The notes under the pieces were generated by a model. The model was not told the DNA's origin. It did not search any database and was given only the letters and a program-made list of their open reading frames with translations. A program made the translations under genes and the position numbers. Of a DNA stretch of 64,000 nucleotides, positions 1 to 11,699 are shown piece by piece (positions within the stretch are counted from its first letter, which is position 1; each line of letters starts with the position of its first letter). The DNA is from Antedon mediterranea. Its lineage: Eukaryota; Animalia; Echinodermata. The stretch lies in contig NC_092675.1 in NCBI RefSeq assembly GCF_964355755.1, forward strand, positions 5,885,812 through 5,949,811. The letters run 5' to 3'.

Positions 1-46
1 CTTTTTATTTGGGGCCCCCAATGGAAATAAGTTTGTTTTATTATCA

Positions 47-374
47 AAGATGTATTGTACCCCAAAAAACATGAAAAATGAAGATTAATTAAATGAGACA
101 TTGAATATGTTATTTTGTAGTTTTAATAAAGTTAATCACTTCCGTAGAAAAAAAACAAAGACAAAAATAATATTTTCACATAACAAATGGTTAAATTCAA
201 TCGAAATTTATTGGCTGGCAGCCAATTTTACCATATTTTTGCTTTAAATTACATTTTTTCAGGTAAATACATTTTGTTTAGATCCAATTTTTGCTCAAAG
301 TGGATAACTATTATGTGACATTAAAATGGCATGTTAAAAAAAAATGTAAACACTATTTTTCAGTGGGACAATAC
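47..374 (+). mobile_element. Kolobok-like MITE copy (AGATGTATTGTCCC TIR)
   Basis: Same family as 19015-19345 (reverse), ~25565-25760 (partial), 32547-32823 and 47732-48069; termini lie next to TTAA-like sites. Confidence 0.6.
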
Positions 375-1169
375 TTGGGTTATCCTCAGTTTATTCAGTT
401 ATTGTTCTATTGTACATTTTATTTTATTTTTATTTTTGTAAAATTGAATGAAATAAAATGAAATATATTGATCACTTTCCTCTTATTTTCTCTTTATTTA
501 TTTAATCCATTTACAACTATGCCGCGATATTATACATAAAGACTAATAAACAGCTGTTGGTGTAAGGGTGACCCAGAAGATTGCTTTAATTACACCAATA
601 TATAAAAGGAAAGGGAGATTTTAGTAATCGTGGACATTTTACTGATAAATCACAGATAAACTATATGAAAGAAGCATAGAAAATAGAGAGTTAGACAGCA
701 GACATAACAAAAGATGGGCCTATAACATGATTATAGAAAGAACACTAACCACTGATAATCAGATCCTTGGTGGAAAAGTCATGGGAATTCAACAAACCTA
801 CTTATTCCACATTCATCTTTTTAAATAAAGCTTTGATTCTATACCCATGCCCGTGCAAGAGTAGGACATGCTAGGAAAAAAACAGAAATGAAACTGGAGT
901 AAAACAGGTAAACGTATGTCTTACCTATACTATTGTATATATGAACCGCGTCGTAAGACATTTTAAATTAAAACAATCCACCCACCACAATTCTCGAAAG
1001 AGAAGATCTTGAGAGAGCAATTATAGATCATAGATCATGAATGCTTCAGAAGAGCTACTCTTCTTGTCATCCATTCTCTTCAAATGACCAAGCCAGCTTA
1101 ACTTAGATGATGGACAGATCTAGGTGGAGAAAGAGACTAGCACTACTGGATTGGAGCTTATATCAAGTT

Positions 1170-2963
1170 ATATCACATAGCCTATGTAAATACGTGAACG
1201 TGATTGGTTGAAACTGCATCACATGACTACCGCTGCGAGGATCGTAAATCGTATATATCCTCGAGAACGATGATATTGACTGAGTAATTTTCGCGTAATT
1301 ATCGTGTCCCTGTCATTAATTATATAAATTCTCGATGATATTGTAATTTTTGTGTGGCAACACTCGCGTTTGCCGATAAATAAACAAAAGTCATCTACTG
1401 GGTCTTGAACTCGCGATGAAATTGTCACTCCATCACAAGACAACGCTACATGCTAAACTATTTAAACTATGCATACATAGCGCCCTCATTTGTTATTAGT
1501 CCTCTCTAGATGTTATGAAAGACCGTTTGTGATTGGTTAATACTCACAGTAGTAACCGATACGCGCGCGACGCACTGAACATCCGGTGATTCGGCTCGAT
1601 CATCGAAGAAGACGAATTATTATTTATTCGGCCTACCTGATAATAATATTATTATTATTAATGTAGGCTTATTGATAGGAATTCTTCTGTTATTATTTAA
1701 ACGACCTAGGCTAGTGAATATTTTATTGCCATTAATTAGTAATTATCTGTATATTATTCTTCGAAAGGTAAGGTGTCTGGGCAGCTTGTTTACATACAAT
1801 AAAAAAAGGAGGCCTAGCCTAGCTACCCGACCCAGCAGATATTCTACTTGTTGTTGGCTATGTAATATAACATATATCGCCTTTTATATCGGTAAAATAT
1901 AAGATTAGACATCCCCTCGGGAATGATATTAAGTTCTCGGGAATTATATATTTCCTCGAACATAATATCATTCCCTCGGGGATGTCAAATCTTATATTTA
2001 ACCTCTCAGCAGTCAATATCTGTATAATATTACATAGCCTATGTAAATACGTGAACGTGATTGGTTGAAACTGCGTCACATGACTACCGCTGCAAGGATC
2101 GTAAATCGTATATCGAGAACGATGATATTGACGGAGTAATTTTCGCGTAATTATCGTGTCCCCTGTCATTAATCATATAAATTCTCGAGTTCGATGATAT
2201 TGACTGTGTAATTTTCGTGTGCAACACTCGCGTTTGCCAATAAATAAACAAAAGTCATCTACTGGATCTTGAACTCGGGATAGAATTGTCACTCCATCAC
2301 AAGACAACGCTTCAACCGCTGCGCCACGGAACGCTTCAACCACTGCGCCACTGAACTTGCTTGAAGAAATTAATCTTTTAAACTATTTAAGCTATGCATA
2401 CATAGCGCCCTCATTTGTTATTAGTCCTCCCTAAATGTGATGAAACACCGTTTGTGATTGGTCAAAACTCACGGTAGTAACCTAGTAACTAGTACGCGCT
2501 GAACATCCGGCGATTCGGCTCCTCGAAGAGAAGAAGACGAATTGTTTATTCGGCGTACCTGATTATAATATTATTATTAATAGGCTTATTGATGGAAATT
2601 CTTCTGTTAATTTAAACGACCTAGGCCAAAGTGAATATTTTATTGCCAAGGAATCATTAATTAGTAATTATCTGTATATTATTCTACGCAAGGTAAGGTG
2701 TCTAGGCAGGCTTGTTTACATACAATACAAATACTATACTAATAGGAGGCCTAGGCCTAGCCCACCCAACCCAGCAGACTTGTTCTTGGCTATATAATAT
2801 AACAGATATCGCCTTTTATATCGGTTAAATATAAGATTTGACATCTCCTCGCGAATGATATTAAGTTCTCGGGGAATATATATTTCATCGAACTAATAAT
2901 ATCATTCCCTCGGGGATGTCAAATCTTATATTTAACCTCTAAGCAGTCAATATCTGTATAATA
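1170..2963. mobile_element. Head-to-tail dimer of a ~0.9 kb non-autonomous element (Crypton-like termini, tentative)
   Basis: Units ~1170-2028 and ~2029-2963 both start (t)acatagcctatgtaaatacgtgaacgtgattggttg and end cagtcaatatctgtataatat; no real coding capacity. Confidence 0.6.
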
Positions 2964-2965
2964 TT

Positions 2966-3200
2966 GTATTGATTCTTCAAAGTTACCATTCGAGTAAACA
3001 ATAACACCTAAATAATTAAACCTATTAAATGTGATTGTCTTTGTATAACGAATATAGATTTAACGGTAAGTGTAAGTACAAAACTTGCTAGTATGTCAAT
3101 GAGTTCCTGTGCCACTTATCATATTAAATAAAAGGTTTTGAAGAGTGACAAAGAGGATCCTTGTTGAATACCAACTGAATGTTTAAATGAAAAAAACAAT
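2966..3200 (-). mobile_element. Highly decayed LINE RT fragment
   Basis: Minus strand reads SVGIQQGSSLS (GVPQGSxLS-like) and FNYLGVIVYSNGNF (YKYLG-like). Confidence 0.5.
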
Positions 3201-4212
3201 TGTACAGTCTGCATATTATATAAAACGCGAAATAAAGCCATATTTTTTAAAATCTCAAAAGAACCACATTGAATTTAATATTATTGAAATTGTATTTAAA
3301 AAAATTAAATGTTGAAAGTGGACTGTATTGGTATATGCAAATGATAAGGGTCTAACTGTGCAACAGTAAATCAGCTCTATGAAATAATATTGTTTTTAAA
3401 GTGGAGCTCCACTCAGACTTTCAGCTTATATTATGTTTAAGTATGTTTAATTGAAAACGATTACATCAAAAAAAAAGGAAAAATTTTCACAAAAACTAAT
3501 TTCTAAAAAATCGGTCAGAAAATAGTGTTTTTTAATACATTACAAATTTCAGTAACTTGAGGGTTATTAGTTTACAATACGTCGCAGTATAAGTTACACT
3601 TGGCGACTGACGCGTTTTAGTCGTCGGTGAACGCGTAGGTGTAATATATCATCCTTTGGTAAATTATAGTGTCGAAAAATGGCGAATCAATTTTATACAC
3701 ACAATTAATGGGATTTGTTTAGACCCAAGTAATATTTCACATACAAATGTCAGTATAATTTACATGTAACATCATAATTTGCACTGTACAACAACATAAC
3801 ATTCTTTATCAAATTGATTTTTAGTTTTAAGCCAGGCTAGCTAGGCCAAGCAGCATCGGTACCTACCTAGTAGGCCTAGGCCTTGCTGTATTGAATATAT
3901 AGCCACGTCTTTCTCAGATCTCATTAAATTTGACATTTTAGTTATAATCTCATTATCACATTATTACACTGTAAAACATGATAAGGTCACACATCCAGAA
4001 TGTTTTAATACACTTTTCGCCCGTCAAAAATAGCATCGCGACGATAACAGATCGCCAGCTGCCTGCATGATCGTGAAAAAATGTCACGTGATCATACTCC
4101 CTAGTAGCATAATTAATTTTAAAAATCAGTTGCACCCTAAAACGGGGGGAAGTCTCTATTTACGCACATTTGCGCAATGTGTACGCGATTGTACGGTATT
4201 TATTTTTTCCTA

Positions 4213-7200
4213 TTAATTCCACGAAGCGTTGTTATCCTCCATTTTCATAATAAATCCTCCAGTTAATCTGTCACACTTGAGTTTATAGTACCTGTAAAAA
4301 ACAAAAACATTTATTGATTAAAAATCTAGATTTTGTTACTTCTTTGTTGAACCAAAAACAGTAAATACCTTATTTATGTATCTTAATTAGCTTAATTTGA
4401 CAATGCTTTGGCTCTAAAACTTCTTTCTTTTCTTATCCACTCATTAGAACTTGCAAGAAAAAACATTCATTTTATGCTCCGTTCAATTTCTGCTAGGATC
4501 GCTTCCTACCGCATTAGATCTACTCCACACTTATATCGAAGTTAGTAGCATTAACTTATATATGGCCGACTTCTGTCGTAAACGACAATGTTAATTAATG
4601 TTGCATTTATCTGAATGATGACTGAGCCAGCACTGTTTTAAAGCACCTTTGGCTGGTCCCCACATTGACCAAGGGCTTCTCTCGTCCAGTAGGGCCTACC
4701 CACCTTAACCAGAGGAGAGGCATAAGCCAATACGTTTAAAGCAGCAACTAGATGCAGGGGCTGCCATAAGAGTCAGCAGTGCCTAATGGGACTCCATCTC
4801 CATATACAGCACCCGGTATTCCCAAAATGTGGTCGGTAAGGCCGTTCATTAACTTATCCATCAAATATATCATGTTTTTGTTTACGTACGTTTTATTTAT
4901 TATTTTTTTGTTAACATAATTATTATGTTCAATTTATTTTCTGTAAAATTATTTAAACTAAGTTACAATGTAGACCTATGGCGTTATTGTTTTGTTTTTG
5001 GTGTTTTTTTTAAATTAATTTTGTTGATTTTTACATCTGCATGTCATTGATCCCTGTACCTTTTTATTTCTGGTAATTAAATAAAAAAAATAATATTTGG
5101 CAAAAATATATAAATCACTTCTCAAACCTTGCTATGATGATGTTTGCTAATACCAATATAAGTACCATGATACCAAGAACAGCAACGGCTGCTGTAAGGT
5201 AACCACGTGTGACGTCAGATACATCCTTATCTTGGGATGAAGCTTTAAAGACTAAGAATTCATAAAAACGTTAAGATGTATTGTCAATGACAAAAATGAA
5301 TTCCACAAATTCATGTGTCGTAAGTTTGCTTCATACTCTATTTCTGATAAGTGGAAGGAATGGTTTATTAGAAACCCAGATCCTTCTGTTGTGTCTTGAA
5401 GGAACTAAGTGTTTAATAGTCCGTTGTGTAAAACAACCCTACGCTTTACTACAGTGAAGCTAATTATTTTATTAAACTTGAGAATAAATAAATCAAAATG
5501 ATATTCTTAATTACATTTTGTAATTAATTATATCATTACAGTTTGATGTTTATACATTTGTAAGTATGTAATTTAATTAAAAATGAACTGAAATAAAATG
5601 TATACACTCCAAGAATGTTCTACACGTCCTTTTTGGTTATAATTTTGAGGTAATAGTTATAGGTTAGTATATGACGACCTTTTAGACCTACCTTGTGGTG
5701 CCTTGGGACTTGTAACATCAACAAAAAAAGAACAGTTGCCATTGTTTCCAAATGAATTAGTTACTGAACATGTGACCTGTGTTGATCCACGTGAAAAGAG
5801 ATCACCAGATGAAGGTATGCAGGTTGCCACTAAATCGCTGTCAAAATCATCCATCACCTTTGGATCATTCCATGTCACTGGTTGCAAAGATTTATCAGAG
5901 CATGTTGAGATGCTAGGGGGACACATAACGATAGGGATATCTACAAAAGAATGGAAGTTGATTTAAATAGCAGATAATGTACGAATATCTTGCTAAGATA
6001 GTAGTAGTTGTGAAGGAAACCCCCTTAATAAAACTTTACCTGGAAGGAATGTATGACCTATGACATGTACAACAAACGAACAAATTCCTACTTTTCCAGT
6101 ACCATCTGTTGCCGAACACGTGACAATAGTTGAACCAACGTCAAAGATTGATCCAGATTCATGTGTACACGTTGCTGATATATCTTTATGTACGTTGTCG
6201 ATTACTGTGGGTTCGTTCCAAGTTACAGGATTTTCAGACTGGTCAACGTCATGGTTCACGGTAATGTGTTCGGGACAAGTGATGGTAGGCTCTGTGTCAT
6301 CTAAATATAGTATATTGTATAGAAAGTGTTATCAAATAAACTGTAAAACATCCAAGTAAGAATAATATAACAAGTACCTTTGATTTTTAGTGTTTTTACT
6401 AAGCAACGATAAACTAATATTTCTGTATTTATGTTTTATTAACATTTCTTATTTTTGCCATAAAAAATCTCTGTATAGATAGGCCTATAATAAACAAAAT
6501 TGCCATTATGCATGCTGAATTAGTACCGTACATAAAATATCATCATTGTTTGGCAATCACACTCTAAAAGATTAGATACTATTTATTCTTTAAAAAAAAA
6601 CATTCTAGTCGAGCATCCAATATTGCAATGACGTGCGAAAATCATACAAAAGTTGTTTTTTGTTTATATTATATTCCATCGTTGTGTTTTACACGGAAAG
6701 AGTGAAATTACATTTTTCTCTTTCAGTTTTGTGTAAACTAAGCGACTAATATTCTTAAATACTAACCTTTGACATGAACTACAAACGAACAATTGCCTTC
6801 ATTTCCACTTGGGTCAGTTGCAGAACAAGTAATCTTGGTGAACCCAACTTCAAATAGAGATCCGGATGGCTTTAAGCAAGTGGCTACGGTGACACCGGTG
6901 TTGTCAATTACAGGAGGACGTCGCCACGTAACAGGATTCAAATTCTGATTGACATCAGAACTTATCTCAATATCGTTTGGACACAAGACATTAGGATTCT
7001 GTATATCTGCAACATGGAATGGAAGATAATCATTTCCTATCTACTGTGTACACAAAGAAAAGAAATTTGGATTTTACAAAAGAAACTGCATAAAACGAAA
7101 TTAAATATCCAAATTGCATTAAACATAATTATTTGAGCATGTACGTATACAGTTTATTTCATAAAACACTAATAGTTTTCGTACTGCAGTATCTTAATAC

Positions 7201-9643
7201 ACACCTTTGTAAACCTTTACTTCACATAAGGTGATTACTCCACTCGTTTTAGATACCGTAACGTACCTCCCAGAAATAGGCGGGTTACAGGTTAGTTCTA
7301 TTGGATTTCTTGAGATTGCATCACTGCGTGAAATCGTTGAATCACATTTTAAATTACTTGAAAATGGTGAAACATTGTTATTGCCAACACAAACCTCTAT
7401 TCCTGTTAACCTCTCCTCTTAAAAGAAAATAGTGAACGTTATTAACCAGTACCACCGTGCACGAAGTAAGCGGTACATGATGTAAAAAAGTACGTAACGA
7501 AACGAGAAAATCGACGAAAGAAAGGTCGGTTAATGGTTGTCCAATGAGAATCGCCTGAAAATAACCTATGTGAAAATTCGCTCTTGGCTACGTCTATATC
7601 AATCGGCCCCGGTAGGTCATTTTAATGTCATATATATATTATTCTATCACCAAAAAATAATGTTCTGCTTTGTTTTTGTTTTTTTTTTTTAAAGAAGAAT
7701 CCTATTCAAATTGTAAATTTTTGTAATGTTTTGGCGTTTAATACATTTTTAATGTAGTCTTACCACAACAATTGTTTCTGTTATATATTACAATCTTTGA
7801 AATTACTGTTTCCGTTTCGAGGTCAACATACCACCATGGATTTTTCTCTGAAGGTGACGCTTGAATAAAAGAATGATAAGATTAAATTAATTGATTAACT
7901 GTTAAAAAGCTAATTAAATCTAAAGTACATTCACTCATGCTTCAGACGTAGTGTAAAGAACATTTTGCGGGTGGGCGGGCAAAACTTTACATGGAGAAAG
8001 TGGCCATTTTGAAATCCAAAATGGCCGCTTTCTCCATGAAAAAATGTCACACTAAAACATGGGCTTCCATGGTGTCATTTGAAATAGAATTGTCATTGAA
8101 TTTATCATTTATTCCTTTACACCCACATAAAAAAGTTAGTTTATACAGTTATTTAGCAATAAACAAGTCATGTGATCAATGAAGGTAAAAAGGTCAACAT
8201 CTAATTTTACTAAATACCGTACTGTTTGGTATCATTAGTTTATTCTGAAATTTATTCTTTTGTCATAATTTTCCAGTTATACATGTTTTCCTTTAATGTG
8301 CACAGGTCTCAGTACAAATATAGATGATATAAAATGTTGATATATTCTTGCTCAGAAAAATTATCTTTCGAATTGTCGTCTTCATGTTTCATTTTGCTTA
8401 TAATAATGTCATCATATCAAAAAGTTACTATGTGGGTCCCGTAAGTAACCTATGCGACACTGTTAGGCCTTTTAATTATACTTAGTAAAAGGAATATTTG
8501 TTTGTTTTATTGTTATGTTAAAATATCACTTACAAGTGGCCGTACATGAATGGGCGACCTCGTAGTTTCCATTTGTTCTGCCGTCAACAGCACGTGCAGC
8601 AATACCACGCCAACCTGTTGAACTTTGTCTGGCTTCTTTAAACTGCGACACTAAACATTGGAGAAACGTACATTAAGCGATTTATATAGTAAGCTAAGTA
8701 AGTAAGTAATATTTATTGCTTTCCAAGAACAGTACAATTTATAAATCAGTCAATTTGAATGAAAATAAATACATAATCTATTATTACAAACAATCTAGGT
8801 AGCATGGTAAAGAAAAAAAAGGAGATTACAATGCTTTATTGAACAAGTATGTCTTAAGAAGCCTCTTCAAAAGAACCACTGACTGTGAATCTCTAATGCA
8901 GTTTGGAAGAGAATTCCAAAGCATAAGAGCTGCATAAGATAATGCACGGTGACCAAATGAGATGGTCTTCACTTTAGCAGGAACAAGACGATTCTGAGAA
9001 TTAGAACGAAGATTGCGACAAGAAGATAGTGGAGTGAGAACATTGTCGATGTACCTCGGTGCAAGACCATGAAGACATTTATATGTGAGCAGCAATATCT
9101 TGAAGTTGACATACTCCTTCACAGGAAGCCAGTGCAGTTCATGCAAGATAGGTGTTATGTGGTCTCTACGCTTAGTTCGACACACTACGGGCAACACTAT
9201 TTTGTAACATCTGCAACTTCCTAAGCAGGGTCTTGGGCAGTGCGATATGATTGTTAGACGTGATGATATAAAGGTATGCACAAGTTGTATGGTTGTTTCC
9301 AGAAACCTACAAATTAGACCAACCTTCCTACCCAACCATAGCAGAACGACAGATGGCATTCAACTTATGCTAAGTTCTGGCAATCATTACCATTATAAAA
9401 ATATACATTCTATTATTTAAAAAAATTCAGTCTATACAATTTGGCCGTAAAATTCCACGCTATTTATGTTTATTGCTATTTAATTGTATGTTGGTACTTT
9501 AAAAGGTCCTATCTGATTTAAGTTAGAGTTAAATTTGCTAACTTACCTAATTCAAACGTATTGTCGTAATATAAAGATATTCTGGATTTCGATGTATGTA
9601 GACAAGTCATAAAGCAGAAAACGATGTATAGTGGTACAATCAT
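4213..9643 (-). CDS. F-type lectin (fucolectin) + 3x HYR type I membrane protein, paralog A (9 exons, ~491 aa)
   Basis: Manually spliced GT-AG exons with consistent phases: 9643-9547 (MIVPLYIVFCFMTCLHTSKS, signal-like), 8650-8534 (ARQSSTGWRGIAARAVDGRTNGNYEVAHSCTAT), 7859-7764 (NPWWYVDL...IYNRNNCC), 7417-7205 (EERL...GRYVTV...ITLCEVKVY), HYR exons 7006-6767, 6300-6040 and 5940-5692 (P.I.CP...VTW..P...D...F.VG.T.VTCSATD..GN...CSF.V.V), TM exon 5251-5128 (YLTAAVAVLGIMVLILVLANIIIA), tail 4291-4213 ending in TAA. Total 1476 nt, no internal stops. Confidence 0.88.
4615..4835 (-). mobile_element. 5S-derived SINE fragment (intron 8 of paralog A)
   Basis: Minus strand contains tgggaataccgggtgctg, the 3' part of 5S rRNA; segment absent from the paralog B intron. 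Confidence 0.5.
8826..9200 (-). mobile_element. L2/Crack-type LINE 3' fragment in intron 1 of paralog A
   Basis: RDHITPILHELHWLPVKEYVNFKILLLTYKCLHGLAPRY...FGHRALSYAALMLWNSLP...LKTYLF is the typical L2/CR1-group C-terminus. Confidence 0.85.
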
Positions 9644-10089
9644 CTTGTAAGAATGTTCAACCAGAGAAGTAATATGCAAATATGAATAATGTTCACCAGA
9701 TAACTCAAACCACAATTTCCTCATGATGATTACCATACCAGGCCACTAGACAGTTTGGGCAACATCCGTTTACATTGGATTGAATTTGTTTCACACGTTA
9801 AGATTTATTCGTTGAAAATTTTAAGTTGTTAAACGTACTGACACAGATCACAATTTTTCCCGGAAAAAATATTCAAGAAAATTCAGACAGACCTTATTAT
9901 AAAAATGTTTTCAAGAAAATGATACAGAAGTGGGGAGGCCTAGGACCTAGGCCAGCTGCGCTGATGAATCTAGGCTTACCTTCTACATATCTTTAGCCCT
10001 AAAGTTATTTTGCCCAAATGAAACAAAAAAGTATCCGTATACGTGAGTTTACCTAAACGCTCTGTTATCTGCATGCCACCAAATGCTTA

Positions 10090-10378
10090 CAGTACTTACC
10101 GTCAAATCACTATCTATAATAATTATTTACATGTCTGTTTACCGTATCAAGACACGATCTGCATGTCTGTTTACCGTATCAAGTCACTATCTGCATGTCT
10201 GTTTACCGTATCAAGTCACGATCTGCATGTCTGTTTACCGTATCAAGTCACGATCTGCATGTCTGTTTACCGTATCAAGTCACTATCTGCATGTTTATAG
10301 TATATTTACCCGGGCCTACTATACTGTATGTTAGTATGTATGTCTATTTACCGTATCAAGTCATTATCTGCATGTCTA
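10090..10378. repeat. 32-bp minisatellite
   Basis: Unit tgcatgtctgtttaccgtatcaagtcac(t/g)atc, about 5 good copies plus degenerate flanking copies. Confidence 0.9.
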
Positions 10379-10621
10379 CATTGTCCACCATGAAAGACAT
10401 ATTATGTTTATAGACAAACTGCTTAAATTACGGTTTTCACCGATAAATCTATGTCTACACGAACTACTTTGATAGTGTGGACAGAACTAAGAATGGAAAA
10501 ATTTGAAAATATGCAAATACTGACTGGTTGAACTAATCGTCTTGTTTATTTCTTTTGTTTGGACACCAGTTATTGTCTAAAAATAATAATAGCAAACACC
10601 TCCCGCAAATCTGTTTTCTAA

Positions 10622-11699
10622 GGCCCTGTTCAGACCCATGGCGTTAGACCGTTTTAGCGTACGACGCTAAAAGAATGTGTGTCTGAACAGTTGGGGATTA
10701 GCGTACAACGCGTCGTACAACGGTTGTAGCGTTGTAGTGGAAAACGGTTGATAGTACCGTTTTAGCGTACGACGCTACTGTAAGTCAACGTTGTATCCAA
10801 TCAGAACGTTTCCTGTTATGACGCGAAACAAGGTTTGACCTAGGCTGACATCTTGTATCGTCAATGTGTGAGATGGATTTCAATAACAAAAAGGCCAGAA
10901 TAAATAAGGCCTAACTACACTACAAATACAACTGTTACAAAGGCTACAAACTATTATCAACTGATTACCATTATATTTTCTAACAAATGACATAAATACA
11001 TGCACCTTGTATTTAAACATAGGGACTACGATCCCATCCGCTTTTAGGCCTAGCTAGGCCTAGAGCCATTCACGCATTTCATTCAAGCTAAAAACTAGCG
11101 TGGGACATCAAGTCACTCATTCATACAAGGCAGACTAGACTGGACAAGTTTAATGCTGAAAACCCCCTAACTCCTAAAAAAAATCAGTAAACAAAAACAA
11201 GGGGAGCTGTGTCCCTTTTATTAGCAAGTTAAGGGTTATTTTCTACCGACTGGACCAAATAATATATATCTTTGACTGGATTGGATAGACTAATCACAAT
11301 CATTTTTTTCTTCATTATTACGAGGCCTGCTTTATTTTCGTAACACAAGAGCCTGGGGAAAATGTTTTTTACTACAAAATAAAAACAATAGAAACAGAAA
11401 TTTGGCTTTACTATATTTTTCTTAAATAAATGCTGAGGTATGTTTTATTTACGGCAAATTTTGTCATAATTGTAGGGCTGAGATCTAGGCCTATATACAG
11501 TGGAAATAATGATGAAAACACGTGGGTAAGAGCACATGAATATGCAACTAGAAACAACCTGGATGACGTACTTCCGTTGTAACGATAATCGTACGCTATG
11601 GGTCTGAACACCTCGTTTTTTTCTCTGCGGTTTGTAACGTGACCTTGATAGTAACGTTGTACGCTAAAACGGTCTAACGCCATGGGTCTGAACAGGGCC
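10622..11699. mobile_element. PIF/Harbinger-type MITE with 41-bp perfect TIRs
   Basis: TIR GGCCCTGTTCAGACCCATGGCGTTAGACCGTTTTAGCGTAC at both ends. The empty paralogous site at ~26191-26220 (ctgttttctaagaaaac) implies a 3-bp duplication. Confidence 0.85.

Noticed and set aside
1219-2169. Similar short ORFs in the tandem dimer
   Set aside because: Frames are not conserved between the two units; non-coding repeat.
5703-7422. Plus-strand ORFs over the HYR and lectin exons (also 15636-18664)
   Set aside because: Antisense shadows of the minus-strand exons.
10043-10413. Three overlapping repetitive ORFs
   Set aside because: Artefact of the 32-bp minisatellite.
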